Position numbers and translations under genes: made by a program
In this document: one piece after another, positions 40,077-48,027 of the stretch
Position numbering within the stretch: the stretch's first letter is position 1
Layout: the number at the start of each line of letters is the position of its first letter
Assembly (NCBI GenBank): GCA_964195565.1
Contig: CAXMRN010000063.1
Span: 47,701 to 111,700 of the forward strand
Length of the DNA: 64,000 bases
From: an uncultured Polyangiaceae bacterium
GTDB taxonomy: Bacteria > Myxococcota_A > Polyangia > Polyangiales > Houyiibacteriaceae
Direction of reading: 5' to 3'
Notes under the pieces: model-generated
Seen by the model: only the letters and a program-made list of their open reading frames with translations
Databases searched by the model: none
Told to the model about the DNA's origin: nothing

Positions 40077-41475
40077 CGTGGTTGGCGGCGGGAAGCGTCA
40101 CGGTGAAGATTGTGCCCTCGCCAAGCGTGCTGGTCACCTCGATCTTGCCGTCATGGCTGTCGACTAGCTGTTTGACGATCGAAAGCCCCAGGCCCGCGCC
40201 CCCGTGAGCCCGCGTCGTTCCCGCGTCTACCTGGTAGAACGCATCGAAAATTCGGGCGAGATTCTCCTCGGGGATGCCCATTCCAGTGTCACGCACGGTG
40301 AGGACCACCCCGGGTCGGCTTGCGGTGAACAACGCCGCGCCTAGCCCTCCTGGGCCTCCGGCATCGAGCTCCCCTGCCTCCGCCCGCAGGACAACGGTTC
40401 CGCCCTCGGCACTGAACTTCATCGCGTTGTCCGCGAGGTTGAGCACGATCTGCTGGAGTCGAACCGGGTCGCCCCAAATCTTGGGGGTGTCATCGGCGAC
40501 CTCGATGTCGAGCGCGACGTTGCGCCGATTGGCGTTCGGCACGATCGTCGACCCCACATCGGAGAGTAGGGCGCGAGGGTCGACGGCCTCGCTGTGAAGC
40601 TGGAGGTTCTGCGCCTCGAGGTGGCCGAGGTCGAGGAGGCTGCTGATCAAGCCGAGCAGTTGGTCTGCTTTGCCACGAATGGTCTTGAGGAACTCTGTCT
40701 GGCCATCACTGAGCGCGCCGGCAGCACCGCTTTCGAGCATCTCCGCATAGCCGATGATCGAAGTGAGCGGGGTTCGGAGCTCGTGGCTCACTGTAGCCAG
40801 GAACGTGGACTTGAGTTGGTCGAGTTGCTTCAGCTCGTCGTACGAGGTCTTCAGCGCGTCGTTCTTTTCCGCGAGCTCTCGGTAGTTCTCTCGCACGCTC
40901 GCGACCTGCATCGTCGAGGCGAGCTGCGCGCGATGGCCCGAGAAGACGAGCTGTTCGAGCACGCCTCGGAGGTGGGCACAAAGCTCCTCAGCGATGTCTT
41001 CCCGCACCCGCGGCATACGGTCGAAATGTTCGCGGGCGGTCGGTACGTCGATATCGCCATCGATCGAGGTGAGGGACGCGGGCGGGGTCTGGGTCTCCGC
41101 AGGCACGTATGGACCTAAGATGATGCGACCGATCGGACGACCCTGGTACTCGAGCAACGCGATGCGGTAGACGGCGCCGGTGAAACAAGGGTGCACGATG
41201 GCCTCGCCGTCGGGCTCCAAATCACGAACGACCCCGACGGTATTCGAGCACTCGCGTTCCCCGTTGCTCAGGGTGTTGAGGTAGTTGCACAGCGGCCGAT
41301 CACGATGCACGTCTGCGAGAAGGTCTCCTTCGTGGGAGATCACGCGAACGGGCAGGCCGAACAGGGCGAAAAACGACTTGGCGACCGACGTCACTGAATC
41401 GCGGCTCAGCACGTCTTCCAGCCGAACGACGTCTCCCATCAAGATGTCGGCGGCGTTGGTGTCGTCTTGCATCAT
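40069..41475 (-). CDS. Soluble sensor histidine kinase with an N-terminal PocR-like sensory domain
   Basis: I saw no TM segment. PocR-like Cys/His blocks are present (PLCNYLNTLSNGERECSNT, IVHPCFTGA...GRPIGRIILGP). The H-box SHELRTPL, the N box and the G boxes (RDTGMGI, GGAGLGLSI) are also present. Confidence 0.85.
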   Translation of the reverse strand: MMQDDTNAADILMGDVVRLEDVLSRDSVTSVAKSFFALFGLPVRVISHEGDLLADVHRDRPLCNYLNTLSNGERECSNTVGVVRDLEPDGEAIVHPCFTGAVYRIALLEYQGRPIGRIILGPYVPAETQTPPASLTSIDGDIDVPTAREHFDRMPRVREDIAEELCAHLRGVLEQLVFSGHRAQLASTMQVASVRENYRELAEKNDALKTSYDELKQLDQLKSTFLATVSHELRTPLTSIIGYAEMLESGAAGALSDGQTEFLKTIRGKADQLLGLISSLLDLGHLEAQNLQLHSEAVDPRALLSDVGSTIVPNANRRNVALDIEVADDTPKIWGDPVRLQQIVLNLADNAMKFSAEGGTVVLRAEAGELDAGGPGGLGAALFTASRPGVVLTVRDTGMGIPEENLARIFDAFYQVDAGTTRAHGGAGLGLSIVKQLVDSHDGKIEVTSTLGEGTIFTVTLPAANHDA

Positions 41476-42146
41476 CGTTCCTGTCGCCCCGGGTCGTGCT
41501 TCAGCTTCAGTTCGACCTCGTTCATGAACCGGGCCGGGCTGATTCCGAATTTGTTCTCGATTTGGTGCTCTTCCTCGAGTTTGTCCCAGGTCTCCCGAAC
41601 CAACCCACGAAGCGTCTGCATCACACCGTAGCCGCGCGTCGCGACCGCTTTGTAGATAGGCTCTCGACTTTGTTTGGCGATCGCCTCGAGCTCCTCATCG
41701 GTGCGAACATCGTCCATATCGCGTTTGTTGAATTGAATGATGATCGGCACACGCTCTGGGTCGATCCCGTTCTCCTCGAGGTTCCGTTTGAGGTTCAGGA
41801 ACGACTCGCGGTTCGCGTCGGCTTCGCTGCGCTGTGAGTCCGCGATGAAAGCCACACCATCCGTTGCTTGCAGGACCAATCGTCGCGTCGCGTTGTGCAT
41901 TACTTGCCCGGGGACGGTGAACAACTTCAGCCGAATCTTCAGACCGCCTTCAGAGCTGACCGTGATCGGCAGCATGTCGAAGAACAGCGTGCGGTCGTTC
42001 TTGGTCTCGAGGGTCATCAACTCGCCGCAAGCGTCCGAGGTGCCGAGCCAGTGAATTGCCCTTAGGTTGGTCGTCTTCCCGCTGAGCGCCGGCCCATAGT
42101 AGACCAGCTTCACGGTGAGCTCTTTCGCGGCGAAATCTACCTGCAT
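41472..42146 (-). CDS. MglA-like Ras-superfamily small GTPase with a roughly 30-aa C-terminal extension
   Basis: Supporting motifs are KLVYYGPALSGKTTNL, NDRTLFFDMLP, FTVPGQV and QFNKRD. The gene overlaps the histidine kinase start by 4 nt (ATGA). Confidence 0.85.
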   Translation of the reverse strand: MQVDFAAKELTVKLVYYGPALSGKTTNLRAIHWLGTSDACGELMTLETKNDRTLFFDMLPITVSSEGGLKIRLKLFTVPGQVMHNATRRLVLQATDGVAFIADSQRSEADANRESFLNLKRNLEENGIDPERVPIIIQFNKRDMDDVRTDEELEAIAKQSREPIYKAVATRGYGVMQTLRGLVRETWDKLEEEHQIENKFGISPARFMNEVELKLKHDPGRQER

Positions 42147-42174
42147 CTCAGTCGCGGATCCGCTCCGACGAGGA

Positions 42175-42525
42175 CTACCCCCGTAGCAAGAGCAACATCC
42201 CCGCCCCCATCAACACCAACATGATAAAGAACGCGGCCCATGTCAGCGTCCTTTTGTGCTCCGTGCCGGCCGGTCGGACGCGGGTGTCCTGCAACTGCTG
42301 TGTGGCGAGGACGATCAGGGTGTCGATCTGCTTGGCCGCGTAGTCCCGGCGGCCCGGGTCCGTCTCGCGGACTTCGCGATAGCGTTTTCCCGCCTCCGGA
42401 AGCCGATCGAGCGCGACGCACACACCGACGAAGCGCCGATGAGCGTCCTCGTTCCCCCATTCGGCCTCGATCTTAGCCCACGCTTCGTCGATCGGGTCCA
42501 CCGACGCCGAGGTTAGCATGTTCAC
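42175..42525 (-). CDS. Small tail-anchored protein (helical cytoplasmic domain plus C-terminal TM)
   Basis: The product is 116 aa with a GTG start (an ATG lies 2 codons in). GC3 is high in this frame. The C-terminus WAAFFIMLVLMGAGMLLLL is hydrophobic. Confidence 0.6.
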   Translation of the reverse strand: MNMLTSASVDPIDEAWAKIEAEWGNEDAHRRFVGVCVALDRLPEAGKRYREVRETDPGRRDYAAKQIDTLIVLATQQLQDTRVRPAGTEHKRTLTWAAFFIMLVLMGAGMLLLLRG

Positions 42526-42722
42526 GAAGCGACAATACTGGCTTCTTACAGCAATATTGATGCCAAATACGCTCGTGTCGCTGGAGTGAGGAAGCTCGGA
42601 CCGACTCCCGCGCGTTCATGTGGACAGGGTGGGGATTTCCCACCACGAATCCCACGTCCGATACCCACCTACATCATCCCGAAAAACCTTTTGAATTCTA
42701 TCACTTGGAGTACAGAAAGAAG

Positions 42723-42752
42723 TTGACACCAGAGGACCTCGGGCCTTAGTTT
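42723..42752 (+). promoter_or_regulatory. Candidate sigma70-type promoter of the dcw cluster
   Basis: A perfect -35 TTGACA sits at 42723-42728. After a 17-18 nt spacer comes a weak -10 (TTAGTT or TAGTTT). The MraZ boxes lie immediately downstream. Confidence 0.4.
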
Positions 42753-42761
42753 CCAGCCCTG

Positions 42762-42786
42762 GTGGGAACTTGTGGGATCAAGTGCC
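42762..42786 (+). promoter_or_regulatory. MraZ-type operator: three direct repeats with 10-bp periodicity (GTGGG-N5-GTGGG-N5-GTGCC)
   Basis: The repeats are at 42762-66, 42772-76 and 42782-86, starting 57 nt upstream of the mraZ start. This matches the E. coli MraZ operator architecture. Confidence 0.6.
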
Positions 42787-42818
42787 ATCTAGCCGCAAGC
42801 TAGGACGAGAGGGTTAGG

Positions 42819-43271
42819 TTGTTCCGAGGACGCTACGAGCACAGCATCGACGCCAAGGGCCGCACCTCGGTTCCGTCTCGCTTCCGTGAGGTGATGACGG
42901 CGCAGGGCGACTCGAAGCTCGTGGTGACGACGGGGCTGGACACCTGCCTCGTCGCGTACCCGATGGCGGAATGGCTCGCGTTCGAGAAGCGCCTGTCGGA
43001 GCTACCGCAGTTCGATACGGACGTCGTGACGCTGAAGCGCATCTACGTATCGGGCGCGGTCGAATGCGAGGTGGACAAAGTTGGACGGCTTCTGATTCCC
43101 GCGGCGCTTCGCAAGCATGCCGGACTCAAGCGCGACGCACTCTGGGCAGGGATGGGGAGCTATATCGAGCTCTGGGCGAAGGAGAGCTTCGAGGAGCTTC
43201 GTAAAGACGTCCTAAGCGATGCGGCTCGCCGTTTGGAGATCGCCAAGCGACTTGCGGAGCTCGGGTTGTGA
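42819..43271 (+). CDS. mraZ: Transcriptional regulator MraZ
   Basis: The start codon is TTG with a GAGAGGG RBS. The N-terminus reads MFRGRYEHSIDAKGRTSVPSRFRE, and a second DxxxR-type half follows. Confidence 0.9.
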   Translation: MFRGRYEHSIDAKGRTSVPSRFREVMTAQGDSKLVVTTGLDTCLVAYPMAEWLAFEKRLSELPQFDTDVVTLKRIYVSGAVECEVDKVGRLLIPAALRKHAGLKRDALWAGMGSYIELWAKESFEELRKDVLSDAARRLEIAKRLAELGL

Positions 43272-44158
43272 GCGGGTTTGAGCACACGTCCGTTCTGCTC
43301 GACGAAGTGCTCGAGCAGCTCGCGCCAGTAGCGGGTGGCGTCTACGCCGATGTGACGCTCGGAGGAGGGGGTCACGCACGAGCAATATTGGAGCGCAGTG
43401 CGCCGGACGGCCGCTTGATCGGCACGGACCGCGACCCGAGCGCTCTCGAAGCCGCAGGTATGGCGCTCGCCGACTTCGGCGAACGCGCGACGCTTCGCAA
43501 AGCTCGGATCAGCGACCTCCGTGACGTGCTGACTTCGCTAGGCATCGAGCACGTCGACGGCATCATCGCCGATCTCGGGGTCAGCTCGGCGCAGCTCGAC
43601 CAGCAAGAGCGGGGCTTTTCCCTTGCCAGAGAGGGGCCGATCGACATGCGAATGGACCCCACTGAAGGGGACAGCGCGTTGGATCTGATTGCCAGTTGTG
43701 ACGCCGAGGAGCTGGCAAACTTGATCTACAAGTACGGCGAGGAGCATCGGTCGCGAAAGATTGCTCGGTCGTTGCGAAGGGCCTACGAAGAAGGCGAGCT
43801 CGAAACCACCGCCGACCTCCGTCGCGCGGTGCATCGGGCCACTGGCGGTCGACGGGGGCGCATCGACCCGGCCACCAAGACCTTTCAAGGACTTCGCATC
43901 GCGGTGAATGAGGAGCTCGCCGAGCTCGGTGCGTTGCTCGACCAACTCCCAAGCGTGCTGCGGGTCGGCGGAGTCGTTGCGGTGATCAGCTTTCACTCGC
44001 TGGAAGACCGAATCGTCAAACACACGTTCCGTGACAGCGAGCACCTGTCGCCGCTGACGAAGCGTCCAATCATCGCCTCCGACGAGGAACGCGAGAACAA
44101 CCGGAGGTCGCGCAGCGCCAAGCTGCGGGCGGCGCGACGCGTGGAGGTGGCAGCGTGA
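43268..44158 (+). CDS. rsmH: 16S rRNA (cytosine1402-N4)-methyltransferase
   Basis: The GTG start overlaps the mraZ stop. Supporting blocks are HTSVLLDEV, DVTLGGGGH and SFHSLEDR. Confidence 0.9.
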   Translation: MSGFEHTSVLLDEVLEQLAPVAGGVYADVTLGGGGHARAILERSAPDGRLIGTDRDPSALEAAGMALADFGERATLRKARISDLRDVLTSLGIEHVDGIIADLGVSSAQLDQQERGFSLAREGPIDMRMDPTEGDSALDLIASCDAEELANLIYKYGEEHRSRKIARSLRRAYEEGELETTADLRRAVHRATGGRRGRIDPATKTFQGLRIAVNEELAELGALLDQLPSVLRVGGVVAVISFHSLEDRIVKHTFRDSEHLSPLTKRPIIASDEERENNRRSRSAKLRAARRVEVAA

Positions 44159-44460
44159 AGGGCCGATTTCTACCGCTGTGGTGCGTCGCGGTCTTCGCGA
44201 CGGCCGCCGCGTTCGTCGTTCATCTGTCCATCCGGTTCGAGACGGTCCGTCTCGGATACGAAGTGAGTGAGGAGCGGGGTCGGCAACGCGAGCTCCTTCA
44301 GAACCGCGGCATGCTCTCGATCGAAGCGGCGACGCTTCGGCAGAGCGGTCGCATCGAGACCATCGCGCGCGGGACGCTCGGCATGGAGGTGCCGAAGCCG
44401 ACCCGGATCGTGACGATGAAGGAGACGCCAAGTCGCGCGGCCGCGGGGAGGGTGCGGTGA
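44155..44460 (+). CDS. ftsL: Cell division protein FtsL-like
   Basis: The 101-aa product has a single TM followed by a coiled coil. It occupies the canonical position between rsmH and ftsI. Confidence 0.65.
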   Translation: MKGRFLPLWCVAVFATAAAFVVHLSIRFETVRLGYEVSEERGRQRELLQNRGMLSIEAATLRQSGRIETIARGTLGMEVPKPTRIVTMKETPSRAAAGRVR

Positions 44461-46511
44461 AGAACCGGCGACAGCGATGGTTTCGGGCGCGAATCGCCTT
44501 GCTTGGCTTCTGTGTGATGTGCGTCGCGGTGCTCGTGGTGATTCGCGCTTTTCACGTTCAGATCGCATCGGGCGATCGTCTGCGTGAGATGGCGGAAGAT
44601 CAGCATCTCCGCCACCTCCGAGTCTCCCCCCGACGCGGCGCGATCTACGATCGGCACGGGGCGGAGCTTGCGGTCAGCGCAGACGTCGACAGCGTCTACG
44701 CCAACCCTCGCCGTCTCAAGGCGATGGAGCAGAACCCGCGAACCGTTGCGAGGCGCATCGCCAAGGTTCTCGACGTCGACCCTGAGCGGCTGGCGAAGCG
44801 GTTGTCGGCCGATCGCTTTTTCGTCTGGATCGAGCGTCGCGTCACCCCGCACGAGGCGACTCGCATTCGGGAGCTCGACATTCCCGGCGTCGAGCTGACA
44901 ACGGAGTCTCGACGCTTCTATCCCAACCGACACCTCGCGGCTCACCTCGTAGGGTTCACCGATATCGACGGACGGGGCATCGAAGGCATTGAGCTCGCGT
45001 ACGAGGAGCGACTCCGGGGCTCCGATCGGCGGGTCGAGGCCATCCGTGATCGGCGTGGTCACGTCGTCTTCGCGGACGATATGGAAGACGACCGGACGAT
45101 CCAAGGGCAGAGCGTCGTGCTCACCATCGACAAGGCAATTCAACACATCGCGGAGCGTGAGCTCGCATTGGGCGTGCGCACGTTCGAGGCGCGGGGGGGC
45201 AGCGTTGTCGTGATGGATCCCTCGAGCGGCGAGATCCTTGCGCTGGCGAACTACCCGCCGTTCAATCCTAACGAGCCGTCCAAACATCCCACGGCGCACC
45301 GGCGCAACCGCGCCGTCGTCGACCGCTTCGAACCTGGATCGACCGTCAAACCGTTCACCATGGCGGCCGCATTGGCGGCCGGAGCGGTCAAGCCAAATCA
45401 GTCGATCAATTGTGAGAACGGGGTCACGCGCATTGGCGGGCGCCTCCTTCACGATGCCCACCCGTACGAGTGGCTGACGCCGACCCAAATCCTCGCCTAC
45501 TCGAGCAACATCGGCACCGCGAAGATCGCGCAGGACCTCGGGAAGAAGGGTCTCTACCGTGGGTTTCGGCGATTTGGTTTCGGGGAGCCGACCGGCTTAG
45601 GGGTGCCCGGTGAGACCGCTGGCATCCTTCACCACTATCGGCGTTGGTACGAGATCGATACCGCGGCGGTCTCCTTTGGCCAGGGCATGAGCGTGACGAA
45701 CGTGCAGCTCGCCACCGCGATGAGCGCGATCGCGAATGGCGGTCGGCTGATGCAACCCATGCTGGTGAGGCGTCTGTCTGATGGGCATGGCGCGACTATC
45801 GAAGAGATCAAGCCCCGCGTTCGCCGGCAGGTGGTTCCGCGACGCGTCGCCAATTTGGTGGGACAGATGCTGACCGCCGTCACGGAGCCGGGCGGCACCG
45901 CGATCGAGGCGGCGGTCGATGGCTATCTCGTCGCTGGCAAGACCGGCACCGCCCAAAAGGCGGACTATGTCCGCGGCGGCTACGCCAAGGACAAGTGGCT
46001 CGCGTCGTTCATCGGGTTCGCTCCTGCCGAACGGCCCGCGGTCGTGATTTCCGTCGTCATCGATGAACCGGTGATCGCGCACTACGGAGGGACAGTGGCG
46101 GGTCCGGTCTTCCGGCGCATCGCCGAAGTTACCCTGCGGCACATGGGCATCGCGCCGGTAGGCCGACAGGCGGTCCTCGCGCAGAAGAAGCAACAGGAGA
46201 TCGCCATTGCGGAGGTGGAGCCCGCTCCCGAGAAAGAGTCGGTCGAGAAGGGGGAGAGCGCGGTGCCGGATGTGCGCTCGCTTCCGCTGCGGCAGGCGAT
46301 CATCGCCCTACACGCCGAATCGCTGGTGGCCGAGGTCGAGGGTTCGGGGCTCGTGGTCTCCCAGCAGCCATCGCCGGGAAAGGCTGTGGCGCACGGGTCA
46401 GCGGTCCGTCTTCAATTGGAACGGCGGCGCTTCGACGCCGACGCGGCCGACTCCCAACTGCGCTCGAGGACACTGACTGCGGCGGTATCCCGGGGGCCGC
46501 ATGCGCCCTGA
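44457..46511 (+). CDS. ftsI: Peptidoglycan D,D-transpeptidase FtsI (PBP3) with a C-terminal PASTA-like domain
   Basis: Transpeptidase motifs are present (STVKP context, KTGTA). The C-terminal segment VPDVRSLPLRQAIIALHAESL...VRLQLE is PASTA-like. Confidence 0.9.
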   Translation: MKNRRQRWFRARIALLGFCVMCVAVLVVIRAFHVQIASGDRLREMAEDQHLRHLRVSPRRGAIYDRHGAELAVSADVDSVYANPRRLKAMEQNPRTVARRIAKVLDVDPERLAKRLSADRFFVWIERRVTPHEATRIRELDIPGVELTTESRRFYPNRHLAAHLVGFTDIDGRGIEGIELAYEERLRGSDRRVEAIRDRRGHVVFADDMEDDRTIQGQSVVLTIDKAIQHIAERELALGVRTFEARGGSVVVMDPSSGEILALANYPPFNPNEPSKHPTAHRRNRAVVDRFEPGSTVKPFTMAAALAAGAVKPNQSINCENGVTRIGGRLLHDAHPYEWLTPTQILAYSSNIGTAKIAQDLGKKGLYRGFRRFGFGEPTGLGVPGETAGILHHYRRWYEIDTAAVSFGQGMSVTNVQLATAMSAIANGGRLMQPMLVRRLSDGHGATIEEIKPRVRRQVVPRRVANLVGQMLTAVTEPGGTAIEAAVDGYLVAGKTGTAQKADYVRGGYAKDKWLASFIGFAPAERPAVVISVVIDEPVIAHYGGTVAGPVFRRIAEVTLRHMGIAPVGRQAVLAQKKQQEIAIAEVEPAPEKESVEKGESAVPDVRSLPLRQAIIALHAESLVAEVEGSGLVVSQQPSPGKAVAHGSAVRLQLERRRFDADAADSQLRSRTLTAAVSRGPHAP

Positions 46512-48027
46512 AGCGAGCCAAGTCATGACGCTAGCGCAACTCCAAAGCAGCGGTGTCGCCGGCCGGATCACGGGCGCGGCGACGCAAGCGGTGAGCGGCG
46601 TTCAGCACGATTCGCGCGAGGTGAACGCCGGAGACCTGTTCGTGGCAGTGCCCGGCGAAACCCACGACGGCGTGAGCTTCGTCGGCGACGCGTTGGCGCG
46701 TGGGGCTGTCGCTGTCATGGCCGAGCAACTCCTCAGCGAAGACGTCCCACAGATCACCGTCCCAGATTCGCGAGTTGGCCTCGGGCGCGCAGCGGAAGCC
46801 GTCTACGGAGCGCCGAGCAGCTCGCTACGCACAGTCGGGATCACAGGCACCAATGGCAAGACGACGACGGCGTATCTCCTCAAAGAGGCGATCGAAGGAG
46901 TGTCCTTCAAGCCCGCGTTGGTCGGGACGACGGGGCTCGTGGCAGCGGGCGTCGATCGGCCATCGCTGCACACGACGCCGGAGGCAGACGACATTTCGCG
47001 CTTCGCACGGCAGGCGCTCGACTCTGGGGCGACGCATCTAGTGCTCGAGGTGTCCAGTCACGGGCTTGCCATGCATCGTGTCGATGCGCTCGATTTCGAG
47101 GTCGCGGCTTTCACGAATCTCTCTCGAGACCACCTGGACTTCCACGAGAACATGCAGCGCTACGGCGAGGCCAAGGCCCGCCTGTTCACCGGCCTGTCCC
47201 CCGAGCACGCGGTCGTTCATGTCGATGACGCCTTTGGCGCAGAGCTTGCGACCCGCCTCTCTGGGTCGATCGTTCGATGCTCACGCCGACCTGGCAGTGA
47301 CGCCGAGATCGTCGCAACCGAGTGGTCGGCGACCCGTGCTGGGATCCACGCCACGGTGCAGACTCCGGCGGGGCAGGTCGAGCTCCGAAGCCCGATGCTC
47401 GGGGAACACAACCTCGAGAACCTTCTCGTCGCGCTTGGCTGCGCGCACGCGCTTGGGCTGGATCTGAACGCGGTGGCGCGCGCGTGGGAGTCCGCAGCAG
47501 GAAGCCCCGGGCGCCTCGAAAGAATCCCTCACCCCCACGACGTTGCGGTCCTCGTGGACTACGCGCACACGCCCGACGCGCTGCGGCGGGTGTTGGACAC
47601 GATGCGTGCGGTGACGCCGTGCCGTTTGATCGTCGTGTTCGGTGCCGGCGGCGACCGCGACAAGGGGAAGCGGCCGGAGATGGGTCGCGTAGGGGTCGAG
47701 AGCGCCGACCTCTGTGTTCTGACCAGCGACAATCCCCGGAGTGAGGACCCTCGGCGCATCCTCGACGAAGTGGAAGCGGGGGCGGAGCGGAGTGGTGGCG
47801 CGCGTCTCGAGCCGGCCGAGCTCGCCACGGCGAGCGCCGGCTACTGCACGCTGATCGACCGCCGGGAGGCGATTGCGGCTGCGGTCGGAGCCGCCCGGGC
47901 GGGGGATACCGTCCTTTTGGCAGGTAAGGGCCACGAGACCTACCAGATCATCGGCACGGAGCGGACGCACTTCGACGATCGCGAACAGGCGAGGGCCGCG
48001 ATTGCGCGGGTCGCGGGAGGCGGGTGA
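46501..48027 (+). CDS. murE: UDP-MurNAc-L-Ala-D-Glu:meso-diaminopimelate ligase
   Basis: Supporting motifs are GITGTNGKTTT and a DNPR motif (SDNPRSEDP). An alternative ATG start lies at 46525. Confidence 0.9.
   Translation: MRPEASQVMTLAQLQSSGVAGRITGAATQAVSGVQHDSREVNAGDLFVAVPGETHDGVSFVGDALARGAVAVMAEQLLSEDVPQITVPDSRVGLGRAAEAVYGAPSSSLRTVGITGTNGKTTTAYLLKEAIEGVSFKPALVGTTGLVAAGVDRPSLHTTPEADDISRFARQALDSGATHLVLEVSSHGLAMHRVDALDFEVAAFTNLSRDHLDFHENMQRYGEAKARLFTGLSPEHAVVHVDDAFGAELATRLSGSIVRCSRRPGSDAEIVATEWSATRAGIHATVQTPAGQVELRSPMLGEHNLENLLVALGCAHALGLDLNAVARAWESAAGSPGRLERIPHPHDVAVLVDYAHTPDALRRVLDTMRAVTPCRLIVVFGAGGDRDKGKRPEMGRVGVESADLCVLTSDNPRSEDPRRILDEVEAGAERSGGARLEPAELATASAGYCTLIDRREAIAAAVGAARAGDTVLLAGKGHETYQIIGTERTHFDDREQARAAIARVAGGG

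Noticed and set aside
44298-45488. A 396-aa minus-strand ORF, with similar cases at 36836..37804, 48495..49427, 9146..10144, 8745..9530 and 53919..54730
   Set aside because: All are antisense to well-supported genes (ftsI, pyrB, murF, pheA/yajQ, murG/murC). Their composition is junk-like.
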